64,000 nt of DNA, taken from Candidatus Woesebacteria bacterium (lineage in GTDB: Bacteria; Patescibacteriota; Microgenomatia; UBA12405). The stretch spans positions 13,697 through 77,696 of the forward strand of contig DAONDY010000001.1 in NCBI GenBank assembly GCA_035402805.1, given 5' to 3'. A program made the translations under genes and the position numbers. The notes under the pieces were generated by a model. The model did no database searches. It was not told the DNA's origin and saw nothing but the letters and a program-made list of their open reading frames with translations. Positions 29,017 to 39,456 of this stretch are shown here, piece after piece. Within the stretch, counting starts at the first letter, position 1. Each line of letters starts with the position of its first letter.

Positions 29017-29754
29017 ATGTCAGATTTAACTCAAAGACAAATAAAAATACTTAAATGTATTGCCGAGGAATTTATTGAAACTGCTTCTCCTGTAGGTTCT
29101 GAAACCCTCGAAAAAAAATATTCTTTAGGTATTTCTTCTGCCACCATCAGAAATGAAATGATGGCTCTTACTCAACTCGGTTTTTTAAAAAAAGGCCATC
29201 TTTCTTCCGGCCGTACTCCGACCTCTATGGGCCTTAAGTATTATGTCCGCAACTTAATGACTCCGAAAAATTTATCTGTTAATGATGAAATTGGCGCCAA
29301 AGAAAAGATTTGGGAGTTTAGAAATGAATTTGATCGCTTACTTCGTGAAACTACTAAAGAATTAGCTGTTCGCACTCGTTCTATGGCTATTGCCACTACT
29401 GACCATGGCACTATTTACAGTTATGGTGCTTCAAACTTATTGGAAGAACCAGAATTTTTTAATATTGATGTCACCAAAACCGTTTTGTCTTTAATTGATA
29501 ACACTACTTTTTGGTTTGAAATCATCAATAAAGCCGGCAATCTTAATCCCGAGTCACCAGAAATTGTTCACCTTCTAATTGGTGAAGATTTAGGTTTGGA
29601 ACATCTTGAACCTTGCGGTTTTGTTTATCAAAATTACGAAGCCGGTCCTCACCGAGGTATTGTTGGTGTCATTGGTCCAGCTCGTTGCCATTATCCTTAC
29701 GTTGTTCCGGTCGTTGACTATTTTGCCGAACTTCTTTCAACTATTAGTCGTTAA
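29017..29754 (+). CDS. hrcA: heat-inducible transcription repressor HrcA (short form)
   Basis: PVGS, SSATIRNEM, H.SSGR.PT..G..YYV, GVIGP.R..Y; heads grpE-dnaK-dnaJ; CIRCE upstream. Confidence 0.93.
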   Translation: MSDLTQRQIKILKCIAEEFIETASPVGSETLEKKYSLGISSATIRNEMMALTQLGFLKKGHLSSGRTPTSMGLKYYVRNLMTPKNLSVNDEIGAKEKIWEFRNEFDRLLRETTKELAVRTRSMAIATTDHGTIYSYGASNLLEEPEFFNIDVTKTVLSLIDNTTFWFEIINKAGNLNPESPEIVHLLIGEDLGLEHLEPCGFVYQNYEAGPHRGIVGVIGPARCHYPYVVPVVDYFAELLSTISR

Positions 29755-29762
29755 TCAAAATT

Positions 29763-30230
29763 ATGACAGACAAAAAAAGTAAAACCATTAATGTTAAAAC
29801 ATCTCAATTATTAGATAAAGTAAATTCTCTTGAAGATAAATTAGCCAGATCTTTGGCTGATTACTCTAATCTTGAAAAAAGAATTGAAAGCCAGCGCCAA
29901 TTATTTGTCACTTTAGCCACTACTTCAATTTTAAGTAAAATGGTTGAAGTCTTGGATGATTTTTACTTGGCTCAGAAACATCTTAATGATCAAGGTCTAA
30001 AAATGGCCATTGATAAATTCAATTCAGTTTTAAAAGTCGAAGGACTTGAAGAAATTAACCCACAACAACTAGAATTTGACCCTCAATCTATGGAGTGTGT
30101 CGAGGCAGTCGACGGCCGAGAAAACTTTGTAGTTGAAGTCAAAAAACTAGGTTATAAATTAAACGGCCATGTCATCAGACCGGCCCAAGTATCAGTTGGT
30201 AAAACCGCTGATAAAACTATTATTAATTAA
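29763..30230 (+). CDS. grpE: nucleotide exchange factor GrpE
   Basis: [12 protein letters not shown]...E.V, GYKLNG.VIRPA.V.V. Confidence 0.95.
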   Translation: MTDKKSKTINVKTSQLLDKVNSLEDKLARSLADYSNLEKRIESQRQLFVTLATTSILSKMVEVLDDFYLAQKHLNDQGLKMAIDKFNSVLKVEGLEEINPQQLEFDPQSMECVEAVDGRENFVVEVKKLGYKLNGHVIRPAQVSVGKTADKTIIN

Positions 30231-30244
30231 TTATTATTAAAACT

Positions 30245-32146
30245 ATGTCAAACAAAATAATCGGAATAGATTTGGGAACCACTAACTCCTGCGTTGCTGT
30301 TATGGAAGGTGGTAAGCCAAAAGTTATTATCAGTTCTGAAGGTCGCAATACTATCCCTTCAGTTGTTGAACCAGTCAAAAAATTAGTTGGTGATTTGGCT
30401 AAGCGCCAAATGGTTCTTAATTCACAAAACACTGTTTATAGTGTTAAGCGTTTAATGGGCCGCCGCATGGACGATCCTGAAGTCAAAAAGACTCAAACCG
30501 TCGCTCCTTATAAAATAGTGGCAGGTAAGGATAATACTGCTTCTGTCGAAATTAGTGGTAAAGCTTATACTCCTCAAGAAATTTCAGCTATGATTTTACA
30601 AAAATGTAAAGCCGATGCTGAAAAATATTTAGGTGAAAAAGTAACCGACGCTGTTATTACTGTTCCTGCTTATTTTGATGATGCTCAAAGACAAGCCACT
30701 AAACAAGCTGGCGAAATTGCTGGCCTTAATGTTCAGCGTATTGTCAACGAACCAACCGCTGCTGCTTTAGCCTATGGTTTGGATAAAAAAGTTAATGAAT
30801 TAGTTGCTGTCTATGATTTGGGTGGAGGTACTTTTGATATTTCTATTCTTGAAATTGGTGATGGTATTTTTGAAGTTAAATCTACTAATGGTGATACTTT
30901 CCTTGGCGGAGATGACTTTGATCAAAAAATTATTACTTGGATTACTGATGATTTTCAAAAGCAGAATGGTGTTGATTTAAGTAAAGATCCTCAGGCTTTA
31001 CAACGTGTTCGTGAAGCTGCTGAAAAAGCTAAAATTGAACTTTCTTCTGCCGCTGAAACCGAGATTAATTTGCCATTCATCACTCAAAAAGATGGTCAAC
31101 CTTTGCATTTAACCAAAAAATTGACTCGATCTGAATTGGAAAAATTAGTCGATGAATTAATTCAAAAAACTATTGGTCCAGTTGAAAAAGCTCTCAAAGA
31201 TGCCAAGATTTCTAAATCTGACATTAAAGAAGTTATTATGGTCGGTGGTATGACTCGTATGCCAAAAGTCCAAGAAGTTGTTACCAATTTCTTTGGTAAA
31301 GAACTAAATAATACTGTCAATCCAGATGAAGTCGTTGCTATTGGTGCCGCTGTTCAAGGTGCTGTTTTAACCGGTGAAGTTAAGGATGTCGTTCTTCTCG
31401 ATGTCACTCCATTAACCTTAGGTATTGAAACTGCTGGTGGTGTTCGCACTCCTTTAATTGAGAGAAATACTACCGTTCCTACCAAAAAATCTCAGATTTT
31501 TACTACCTATGCCGACAGTCAGCCACAAGTTGAAATCAACGTTCTTCAAGGTGAACGTCCTATGGCTATTGATAATAAATCTCTTGGTCGTTTCGTTCTA
31601 GACGGCATTCCACCTGCACCTCGTGGTACTCCTCAAATCGAAGTCACTTTTGACATTGATAGTAACGGTATTCTTTCAGTTTCTGCTAAAGATAAAGGCA
31701 CTAATAAAGAACAGCGCATTACTATTCAAAATGCCACTAATCTTAAAGAAGAAGAAATTGAGCAGATGAAAAAAGAAGCCGAAGCTCATGCTCGAGAAGA
31801 TGAAGAGAAAAAAGGTCTCGCCGAATCTCGAAATAAACTTGATGGCACTATTTTCTCTGGTGAAAAAACTTTAAAAGATTTTGCTGATAAAGTTAAACCA
31901 GAAGATAAAGAAAAAATCGAAGCTCAACTTAAAACTGCTCGTGAAGTTTTAACTAAAACTGATGCTAATAAAGACGAACTCGATAAAGCCGCTGAAGATT
32001 TAAATCAGATTCTTCAAACTGTTGGTGCTGCTATTTATCAACAACAACAGCAACCAGGGCCAGAAGCTCAAGGACAACCAACTGCCGAAGAACCAAAAAA
32101 GGCTGATGATAAAAAAGAAGCCGAAGAAGGGGAAGTTGTTCAATAA
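30245..32146 (+). CDS. dnaK: chaperone DnaK
   Basis: [44 protein letters not shown]. Confidence 0.99.
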   Translation: MSNKIIGIDLGTTNSCVAVMEGGKPKVIISSEGRNTIPSVVEPVKKLVGDLAKRQMVLNSQNTVYSVKRLMGRRMDDPEVKKTQTVAPYKIVAGKDNTASVEISGKAYTPQEISAMILQKCKADAEKYLGEKVTDAVITVPAYFDDAQRQATKQAGEIAGLNVQRIVNEPTAAALAYGLDKKVNELVAVYDLGGGTFDISILEIGDGIFEVKSTNGDTFLGGDDFDQKIITWITDDFQKQNGVDLSKDPQALQRVREAAEKAKIELSSAAETEINLPFITQKDGQPLHLTKKLTRSELEKLVDELIQKTIGPVEKALKDAKISKSDIKEVIMVGGMTRMPKVQEVVTNFFGKELNNTVNPDEVVAIGAAVQGAVLTGEVKDVVLLDVTPLTLGIETAGGVRTPLIERNTTVPTKKSQIFTTYADSQPQVEINVLQGERPMAIDNKSLGRFVLDGIPPAPRGTPQIEVTFDIDSNGILSVSAKDKGTNKEQRITIQNATNLKEEEIEQMKKEAEAHAREDEEKKGLAESRNKLDGTIFSGEKTLKDFADKVKPEDKEKIEAQLKTAREVLTKTDANKDELDKAAEDLNQILQTVGAAIYQQQQQPGPEAQGQPTAEEPKKADDKKEAEEGEVVQ

Positions 32147-32160
32147 AAAATTAGTTAATT

Positions 32161-32188
32161 CAGACATCCCGCAGATGCGGGATGTCTG
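32161..32188. terminator. perfect 13-bp inverted repeat between dnaK and dnaJ
   Basis: CAGACATCCCGCA-GA-TGCGGGATGTCTG; no U-tract follows, so it may be an mRNA stabiliser or a palindromic element. Confidence 0.6.
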
Positions 32189-32204
32189 TGTATAATAAAA
32201 GTCG

Positions 32205-33065
32205 ATGAAAAAAGATTTTTACGAGACTCTTGGAGTTTCCAAAAATGCCACCAAAGATGAAATTAAAAGCGCTTATCGTAAAGCCGCTTTAAAATTTCAT
32301 CCTGATCGCAACAAAGCTCCTGATGCCGAAGAACATTTTAAAGAAATTAACGAAGCCTATGAAGTTTTAAGTAATGACCAAAAGAAATCTGCTTATGACC
32401 AATTTGGCCATGCTGCTTTTGACCCATCTTCAGGCGGAATGGGCGGTCACACTTACACACAACAAAACGGTCCATTTAATTTCACTTATACCCAAGGTGG
32501 TCAAAACCCATTTGAAGATGCCGATTTTGATTTTGGTGGGTTTTCTAATCCTTTCGATATTTTTGAACAATTTTTCGGTGGTGGTTTTAATAATCAAAGA
32601 AGTCAACGCAAACGTCTTGAAACTTACAAAATTTCCATTTCTTTTTTAGATGCCGCCAATGGTTGTCAAAAAGAAGTTTCTGTTGACGGTAAAAAAAGAA
32701 CTATTAAAATTCCCGCCGGTGTCGATGATGGTCAAAAAATCCGTTTTTCTGAGTTTATTTTATACATTGATGTTTTGCCGGACAAAGTCTTTAAACGCGA
32801 AGGAAATGATGTCTATATTAATATTAATATTAGCCTAACTCAAGCCATTTTCGGTGATACCATAGAAGTTTCTACTCTAAAAGATCCTTTAAAAGTTAGA
32901 GTTAAATCAGGCACTCAACCAAACACATTAGTTCGTTTACGAGGTCAAGGAATTAAAGATGTTAATGGCTATGGTCAGGGTGATTTTTATATTCGTCTTT
33001 TTGTTGAAATTCCAACTAAATTGAATTCTCGCCAAAAAGACCTTCTTCGTCAGCTCGATTTGTAA
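32205..33065 (+). CDS. dnaJ: DnaJ co-chaperone lacking the Cys-rich zinc finger (class B/CbpA-like)
   Basis: J domain with HPD, G/F-rich region, C-terminal domains; no CxxCxGxG repeats; in the dnaK operon. Confidence 0.9.
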   Translation: MKKDFYETLGVSKNATKDEIKSAYRKAALKFHPDRNKAPDAEEHFKEINEAYEVLSNDQKKSAYDQFGHAAFDPSSGGMGGHTYTQQNGPFNFTYTQGGQNPFEDADFDFGGFSNPFDIFEQFFGGGFNNQRSQRKRLETYKISISFLDAANGCQKEVSVDGKKRTIKIPAGVDDGQKIRFSEFILYIDVLPDKVFKREGNDVYININISLTQAIFGDTIEVSTLKDPLKVRVKSGTQPNTLVRLRGQGIKDVNGYGQGDFYIRLFVEIPTKLNSRQKDLLRQLDL

Positions 33066-33071
33066 ATTTTC

Positions 33072-33160
33072 TGGTATAATCTACTCATAATAATTTTGCA
33101 GTGTTTACCTTGGGGCCGACAAAGCCCCTTTTTTTATACTGCATATTTAAGGAGATAAAA
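33072..33160 (+). promoter_or_regulatory. nusA promoter and leader containing an intrinsic terminator/attenuator
   Basis: TGGTATAAT (33072-80); GGGGC-CGACAAA-GCCCC-T7 (33112-35) enclosed by TGCAGTG/TACTGCA; SD AAGGAG at 33149-54. Confidence 0.8.
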
Positions 33161-34141
33161 ATGGATTTAAAAAAACTACCTAAAACAGAGTTTGCTGCCG
33201 CAGTAGCTCAAATCGCCGGCGAAAGAAATATCGACGTTCAATCTATTTTGGACTCAATTGAATTTGGTCTTATCTCTGCCTACAAACGTGATCAAAAAGA
33301 GCACGGTGTCATTATTTCCGAAGAAGATCAATTTACTGCCGAATTAGCCCCAGAATCGGGTTCTTTTAAAGTTTATAAAATAGAAGGTGAAAAAAAGACT
33401 GACGTCACTCCTCCTGGTTTTGGTCGAATTGCCGCTCAAACTGCCAAACAGGTTATTGATCAAAAAATTCATGAAGCTGAAAAAGAAGCTGTCATTATCG
33501 AATTTGAAAAAAAATTAGGCACTCTTATCCCTTGCATTGTTCTTAAAAACGATCCTTATAAAATGGTCGTCGGTGTTGGTAAGACTGAAGGTATTTGTCC
33601 TAAAGATGAACAAATTAGAAATGAAGTCATTCCTCTTGGCACCAAAAAAATGTTTTTATTGAAAGAAATTATTAAAGACGAAACCGGTCGTAGTGAAATT
33701 ATTTTGTCTCGTCGCGACAATTCTTTCATTTCTGAATTATTCTCTCGAGAAGTTCCTGAAGTTGCTAATGGTTCAGTTGTGATTGAAAAAATAGCCAGAG
33801 CCGCCGGTGAAAGAACTAAAATTGCTGTTTCTTCAAATCAACCAGGAATTGATCCTGTCGGTTCTTGTATCGGTCAAAAAGGCTCTCGTATTCAGGCCAT
33901 TTTAAGTGAACTACCTAACGATGAAAAAGTCGATGTTGTCGCTTTTTCAAAAAATTTAAGTCAATTTATTGCCCAAGCTCTTTCTCCAGCTCAAAATGTC
34001 AAAGTTGTTGAAATTGGCAAAAACTATGCCAACGTTACTGTTCCTGAATCTCAATTAGCCCTGGCTATTGGTGGTGGCGGTGAAAACGTTCGTTTAGCTG
34101 GTCAATTAGTCGATCTTGAAATTAAACTAACCCAAGAATAA
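33161..34141 (+). CDS. nusA: transcription termination factor NusA
   Basis: FGRIAAQTAKQVI, EVPE, AR.AGERTKIAV, DPVGSCIG..GSR, LAIG.GGENVRLA; start revised to 33161 (SD present). Confidence 0.96.
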   Translation: MDLKKLPKTEFAAAVAQIAGERNIDVQSILDSIEFGLISAYKRDQKEHGVIISEEDQFTAELAPESGSFKVYKIEGEKKTDVTPPGFGRIAAQTAKQVIDQKIHEAEKEAVIIEFEKKLGTLIPCIVLKNDPYKMVVGVGKTEGICPKDEQIRNEVIPLGTKKMFLLKEIIKDETGRSEIILSRRDNSFISELFSREVPEVANGSVVIEKIARAAGERTKIAVSSNQPGIDPVGSCIGQKGSRIQAILSELPNDEKVDVVAFSKNLSQFIAQALSPAQNVKVVEIGKNYANVTVPESQLALAIGGGGENVRLAGQLVDLEIKLTQE

Positions 34142-34169
34142 TTTTGGGTTTTATTCATTAAAAATCAAT

Positions 34170-35579
34170 ATGACTAACACTACAAAATTAACTCGTCCTC
34201 CAATTGTGGCTGTTATGGGTCATATTGATCACGGTAAAACTACTCTTTTAGATAAGATTCGTTCCACTAACGTTTGGAAAAAAGAAGCCGGTGGTATTAC
34301 TCAACACATTGGTGCTTATCAAGCCAAAGGTATCACTTTCATTGATACTCCTGGCCATGCCGCCTTTATTAATATGCGTGCCTGTGGTGCCAAAGCCACG
34401 GATATTGTGGTTCTGGTGGTTTCTGCCGTTGAAGGTATTATGCCTCAAACCAAAGAATGTCTTGAGCATATTAAAAAAAGCAATCTGCCTTTCATCGTGG
34501 CCATGAACAAAATGGATTTGGAAAATGCTTCTCCTGATAAGGTTAAAGGCCAATTAGTTGAATTAGGTTTTACTCCTGAAGAATATGGTGGCCAAACCGC
34601 CGTTATTCCCGTTTCTGCTAAAACTGGTAAAGGTATCGACAATCTTTTAGAAATGATTCTTTTAAATGCCGAAATTTTGGAATTAACTGCCGATCCTAAG
34701 GGTGATTTAGATGCTATTATCATTGAATCCCGTCTCGATAAAAGTCGTGGCCCAGTTGCCTCTCTGATAGTAAAAAATGGCACCCTTAAACTTGGGGATA
34801 TTGTCTATTCGGAAGATATTTATTGTAAAGTTAAAGCTTTAATTGACTGTTATGGTCAACAATTAAAGGAAGCTGGCCCTGGCACTCCAGTTGAAGTTTT
34901 AGGTTTTGAAAAAGTTCCCTCGGTTAGTAGTCAAGTTATTTCCACTAAAACTGAATGTACCTCTTCAGCCAAAGATCATAAAATTTTATTAGAATCTACC
35001 GAAGAAAATCCTAAATTAAAAGTCATTCTAAAAGCCGATGTTAAGGGAACATTAGAGGCTTTAGAGAACAGTTTTAATGATGATGTTATCGTAATATCTT
35101 GTGGTATTGGTGCCGTTTCTGATAACGACGTTTTTCTCGCCGAAGCCGCCAAAGCCCAAATTTTTGCTTTTAATGTTTCCACCCCAAAACACATTTCTCA
35201 GATTGCAGAAAATGCCAAGGTTCGTATTTTTGAATCCAAAATTATTTATGAAATTATCGAAGATATTCAAAATCAAGTTCTCCATTTACTTGAACCAACT
35301 ATTGATGAAACAGTTCTTGGTGAAGGCTTGATTAAAGCCGAGTTTAAAATTGATAAGGTTCGAATTTCTGGTGTTCAGTGTATTAAAGGTGAAATTAGCA
35401 AAGGGGATTTAATCCATCTTAAACGTGATGGAAAAATCATTAAAGATACTAAAGTTGATGGTATCCATCAAGGCAAAAACATCGTTGAAAAATTAAAATC
35501 TGGGACTGATTGCGGTATGACTTTTAAGCCTTATATTGACTTTAAGGTTGGGGATGGTATAATAGCCTATAAGAATTAA
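34170..35579 (+). CDS. infB: translation initiation factor IF-2 (no N-terminal domain)
   Basis: [47 protein letters not shown]. Confidence 0.96.
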   Translation: MTNTTKLTRPPIVAVMGHIDHGKTTLLDKIRSTNVWKKEAGGITQHIGAYQAKGITFIDTPGHAAFINMRACGAKATDIVVLVVSAVEGIMPQTKECLEHIKKSNLPFIVAMNKMDLENASPDKVKGQLVELGFTPEEYGGQTAVIPVSAKTGKGIDNLLEMILLNAEILELTADPKGDLDAIIIESRLDKSRGPVASLIVKNGTLKLGDIVYSEDIYCKVKALIDCYGQQLKEAGPGTPVEVLGFEKVPSVSSQVISTKTECTSSAKDHKILLESTEENPKLKVILKADVKGTLEALENSFNDDVIVISCGIGAVSDNDVFLAEAAKAQIFAFNVSTPKHISQIAENAKVRIFESKIIYEIIEDIQNQVLHLLEPTIDETVLGEGLIKAEFKIDKVRISGVQCIKGEISKGDLIHLKRDGKIIKDTKVDGIHQGKNIVEKLKSGTDCGMTFKPYIDFKVGDGIIAYKN

Positions 35580-35605
35580 CAAAATTAAAAACAAGCAGGG
35601 TTTTT

Positions 35606-36301
35606 ATGAAAAAATATAATGTCTCTGAAGCTAAAAATTTACTTTCCACAGCTAAAACAGCCCTAATTGCCGTACCTCAACTTAATGTTGATTCAATTGG
35701 CTCAGCTTTGGCTTTAGCTTTGCTTTTAAAAAGATCCAATATTACCGTTAAAGTTTTTTGTCCTCAAAAAACTGATGCTAATTACACTAAATTAAGTGGA
35801 CTTGAACTTTTAACCGATATTTATAATCCTAATGATTTAATTGTTACCTTAGACTATCCTTTAGATCAAATTGAAAAAGTTACCTATAATCAAGATGGTG
35901 GCAAGCTAAATTTAGTTGTTCAAACCAAAGATGGTTCTCCAAAAGTTGCTGAAAACCAAATTTTAATTAGTAACCAAGCTGCCACTGCCGATATTAATTT
36001 CTGTCTTGGTGAGGAATCTCTTTTAGGTGCCAACTCCAACATTGTTAATAAAGGTAATTGGATTAATATTTCTCCATCTATAGTCGAAAAACCATGGGCT
36101 AAGGTAAATATTATCGACCAAGATGCTCCATTCTCTGAAATTTTAACTTTCTTATTACCTATGCTTGGCTTGGAATTAAACCCAGATTCAGCTAAAAATC
36201 TTTTAATTGCTCTTAGAGTTGCCACTCAGTCCTTCTCTATCAATGTTTCTCCAGAAACATTTGAAGCTGGTGCTGTCTGTCTTCGTGCTACCCAAGCTTA
36301 A
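35606..36301 (+). CDS. degenerate DHH-family (NrnA-like) protein
   Basis: NVDSIGSALAL resembles DxD..GS..AL; SEI, A.NLL.AL..AT.SF, ETFE.GA; DHH triad and DHHA1 domain absent; syntenic after infB. Confidence 0.6.
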   Translation: MKKYNVSEAKNLLSTAKTALIAVPQLNVDSIGSALALALLLKRSNITVKVFCPQKTDANYTKLSGLELLTDIYNPNDLIVTLDYPLDQIEKVTYNQDGGKLNLVVQTKDGSPKVAENQILISNQAATADINFCLGEESLLGANSNIVNKGNWINISPSIVEKPWAKVNIIDQDAPFSEILTFLLPMLGLELNPDSAKNLLIALRVATQSFSINVSPETFEAGAVCLRATQA

Positions 36302-36307
36302 TTTCCG

Positions 36308-36397
36308 TGTTATAATCGTTTCTGACTATATTCGGTCTTTTGGTAGCCATTCCAAAACATTAATTTTTAACCGATGATAGCCGCATAATTCTATGGC
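36308..36397 (+). promoter_or_regulatory. rpsO promoter and structured leader (candidate S15-binding element)
   Basis: TGTTATAAT at 36308-16; nested stems CTAT/ATAG, TCGGT/ACCGA, TTTTGG/CCAAAA; loop GCCAT complementary to ATGGC at the start codon. Confidence 0.55.
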
Positions 36398-36662
36398 ATT
36401 AACCAAAGAAGAAAAACAAGAAATTATTACTAAGTTTGCTCAAGATAAGGGTGACACCGGTTCTCCAGAAGTTCAAATCGCTATTTTAACCAAAGAAATC
36501 GATAAATTGCAGAGTCATTTGACCGAAAATAAACACGATTCTCCGGCTAAGCGTGGTATTTTAAGCAAAATTTCCAAAAGACGACGTTTGCTTCGTTATG
36601 TCTCGGCTCATAGCCCTGAAAGATATACCGAAATAACCAAAGCTCTTGGTCTAAAAAAATAA
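36393..36662 (+). CDS. rpsO: 30S ribosomal protein S15
   Basis: DTGSPEVQIAILT, HD...RG.L....KRRRLL.Y. Confidence 0.98.
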   Translation: MALTKEEKQEIITKFAQDKGDTGSPEVQIAILTKEIDKLQSHLTENKHDSPAKRGILSKISKRRRLLRYVSAHSPERYTEITKALGLKK

Positions 36663-36685
36663 TTCTGTTCGTTTATAATTAATTT

Positions 36686-38905
36686 ATGGAAATGTATACA
36701 AAAGATATTTTGGTTGGCGATAAAAAAATTACCCTTCAAACTGGTAAACTCGCTCCTCAAACAAATGCCTCTGTCGTGGCTCAATACGGCAATACTACTG
36801 TTTTAGCTACCGTTATTATGGGCAAAACAGATGATTCAAAGGATTATTTTCCTTTATCTATCGAATTTGTCGACAAGCTTTATGCTGGTGGCATCGTTAA
36901 AGGTGGAAAATGGATTAAGCGTGATGGTGGTCCTTCTGATAGTGCTGTCCTTTTTGGCCGAATTATTGATCGATCCCTTCGTCCTCTTTTCCCTGGCGAC
37001 TTTATGAATGAAGTTCAAATTATCGCTACTGTTTTAAGTAATGATAAAGATAATGATGTTGTTATTCCCGCTTTCACTGCCGCCGCCGCTGCTTTAGCCA
37101 TTTCTGATATTCCTTTTAATGGTCCAGTTTCTGCCGTTCGTGTTGGTTATATTAATGATCAACTAGTTTTAAATCCATCCATTAAAGAATTAGAAAATTC
37201 TAATATGGATCTTTTAGTTTGTACCGGTCTTAATGGTGTCAATATGATTGAATGCGACGCTAATATTGTTGCCAATGATATTGCCTTAAAAGGTATTGAA
37301 TTAGCTAAAAATACTAGTGATGAAATAAATAAAGAAATTACCGAATGGGCAAAAACTTGTGGTAAAGCCAAAATCAGTTATGAATCAGCTGGTCCTTCCG
37401 ATGAACTAGTAAACGAAATCGAATCTAAAATTAAAGCCGATGTTGAAGCCTTTTTAGAAGCTGGTGTTGATGGTTCACATATGGTTGGTCAAGAAAAAAT
37501 TGTTGATCAAATTTTAGAAGACTATAAAGATAAAATTGAGTCCGAAGAGGTTTCTAAAAATCATTTAGTCGCTGCCGTTGATTCAATTATTAGAAAATAT
37601 TTACGTCAAAGGGCTTTAAAAGGTATTCGTTTTGATCATCGTAAAATGGACGAAATCAGACCTTTAACTATCGAGGCTGGTGTTCTTCCATGTGTTCACG
37701 GTTCTGCCTTTTTTCAAAGAGGCTTAACTCAGGCAATCACAGTCACCACCCTTGCTCCTTTATCTGAAAGACAATATTTAGAAGATTCTAGTGGCGAAAC
37801 CACCAAAAGATATCTTCATTATTATTCTGCTCAGCCATTTTCTACTGGCCAAACCGGTCGAGTTGGTCGTCCTGGTCGTCGTGAAATCGGTCATGGCGCT
37901 CTTGCCGAAAAAGCCTTAATTCCCGTTATTCCCACTGAAGAAGAATTTCCATATACTATTGTTTTAACTTCTGAAGTTTTATCTCAAAATGGTTCTTCTT
38001 CTATGGCTTCTACTTGTGGTTCCACCATGTCTCTTATGGATGCTGGTGTCCCTATCAAAGACAAAGTCGCTGGAATTTCCATTGGTTTAGTTGCTGAAAC
38101 CGATGATAATTATGTTCTTTTAACCGACATTGCTGGCACTGAAGACCACAATGGTGACATGGATTTTAAAATCACTGGCACCAGAAATGGCATCACTGCT
38201 ATTCAATTAGACATCAAAAGAGCCGGTCTTACCTTAAAGATGATTGCCGACACATTTGTCGCTTCCACTAAAGCCAGACTTCAAATTTTAGACAAGATGG
38301 AATCAGTTTTGGCTGCCCCACGAGCCGAACTTTCTGAATTTGCTCCAAAGATTAAAATGGTCACTTTACCAGAAGATAAAATTGGTGAAGTTATCGGTAG
38401 CGGTGGTAAAACTATCAAAGCTTTAATGGAAAAATATGATGTTCAAATTGACATCGACGATGATGGTAAAGCTTCAATTTCTTCCCAAAATCAGGAAAAT
38501 ATTGATAAGGCCGCTTATGAAATTGAATCTATGATCAAAGAAGTTCAAATTGGTGAAGACTATGAAGGCGTTGTTACTCGAGTTGAAAATTTTGGCGCTT
38601 TCGTTGAGTTCTTACCAGGTCGCGAAGCTCTTCTTCACGTATCTGAAATGACTGGTGGATTTTTATCCGACCCTTCAACAATTATCAAAGTTGGCGATCG
38701 ATTGAACGTTAAAATTGCTGGATTTAATGATAATCACCAAATAAAATTATCTTCCCCAGAATTTAAAGCTGCTCATCCAGGCTTGCCTCGACAACAGGCG
38801 GGTCAGCCTCGTTCAGAAGGTCAGGATAATCGTACTAGTGGTTTTAAAAATTTTACCCCACCTCGCAAAGATAATAATCGTGCTGGCTTCCGCCCTCGTC
38901 GATAA
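36686..38905 (+). CDS. pnp: polyribonucleotide nucleotidyltransferase
   Basis: RIIDRSLRPLF, HGSAFFQRG.TQ, RREIGHGALAE, NGSSSMAS, GDMDFK, KH and S1 domains. Confidence 0.98.
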   Translation: MEMYTKDILVGDKKITLQTGKLAPQTNASVVAQYGNTTVLATVIMGKTDDSKDYFPLSIEFVDKLYAGGIVKGGKWIKRDGGPSDSAVLFGRIIDRSLRPLFPGDFMNEVQIIATVLSNDKDNDVVIPAFTAAAAALAISDIPFNGPVSAVRVGYINDQLVLNPSIKELENSNMDLLVCTGLNGVNMIECDANIVANDIALKGIELAKNTSDEINKEITEWAKTCGKAKISYESAGPSDELVNEIESKIKADVEAFLEAGVDGSHMVGQEKIVDQILEDYKDKIESEEVSKNHLVAAVDSIIRKYLRQRALKGIRFDHRKMDEIRPLTIEAGVLPCVHGSAFFQRGLTQAITVTTLAPLSERQYLEDSSGETTKRYLHYYSAQPFSTGQTGRVGRPGRREIGHGALAEKALIPVIPTEEEFPYTIVLTSEVLSQNGSSSMASTCGSTMSLMDAGVPIKDKVAGISIGLVAETDDNYVLLTDIAGTEDHNGDMDFKITGTRNGITAIQLDIKRAGLTLKMIADTFVASTKARLQILDKMESVLAAPRAELSEFAPKIKMVTLPEDKIGEVIGSGGKTIKALMEKYDVQIDIDDDGKASISSQNQENIDKAAYEIESMIKEVQIGEDYEGVVTRVENFGAFVEFLPGREALLHVSEMTGGFLSDPSTIIKVGDRLNVKIAGFNDNHQIKLSSPEFKAAHPGLPRQQAGQPRSEGQDNRTSGFKNFTPPRKDNNRAGFRPRR

Positions 38906-38920
38906 GTTATAATCAAATTG

Positions 38921-39439
38921 ATGTCTAAGGAAGTTTCTAAATGGATCGGTATTAGTGGCAGTTGGCGTGCTACCAGTTCTGAAATTGAAAATAATGTTCG
39001 AACTCAAGTTCGAGATATTATAAATGAAGGAAATGGTATCGTTACCGGCGGAGCCTTAAATGTTGATTATCAAGCAGCAGATGAAGTTCGTAAACTTAAT
39101 GCTCTGGATCAACTAAAAGTTTTTCTACCAGTTAGTTTGGATCTTTTTGTGGATCATTATCGTCGCCGTGCCACTGAAGGGGTTGTTACCTCTAAACAAG
39201 CTGATGATGTTATTGAACAATTAACCAGTATTAAACGACTAAATCCTAATAGCATTATTGAAAATACGATTGAAACAACTGTTGATAAAGATTCTTATTA
39301 TCGTCGAAATTCTGAAGTTGTAAATGCTTCCGATGAATTATTAGCTTTCCAAGTTAATCAAAGTCAAGGAACTCAAGACACAATTGATAAAGCTAAAGAA
39401 AAAGGAATACCTGTCAAAGTCTTTTCTTATACCTTATAA
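38921..39439 (+). CDS. SLOG-superfamily (DprA/Smf/LOG-like) nucleotide-binding protein
   Basis: IGISGS, IVTGGALNVD, YYRRN..VV..SD.LLAF, S.GT..TI..AKEKG.PV. Confidence 0.75.
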   Translation: MSKEVSKWIGISGSWRATSSEIENNVRTQVRDIINEGNGIVTGGALNVDYQAADEVRKLNALDQLKVFLPVSLDLFVDHYRRRATEGVVTSKQADDVIEQLTSIKRLNPNSIIENTIETTVDKDSYYRRNSEVVNASDELLAFQVNQSQGTQDTIDKAKEKGIPVKVFSYTL

Positions 39440-39456
39440 AAACTTATACTTAAAAT

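Noticed and set aside
38782-38802. GC-rich mini-hairpin CTTGCCT-CGACAAC-AGGCGGG in the pnp tail as another coding palindrome
   Set aside because: Only 7 bp with two G-T pairs, single copy, in a low-complexity tail; within chance expectation.
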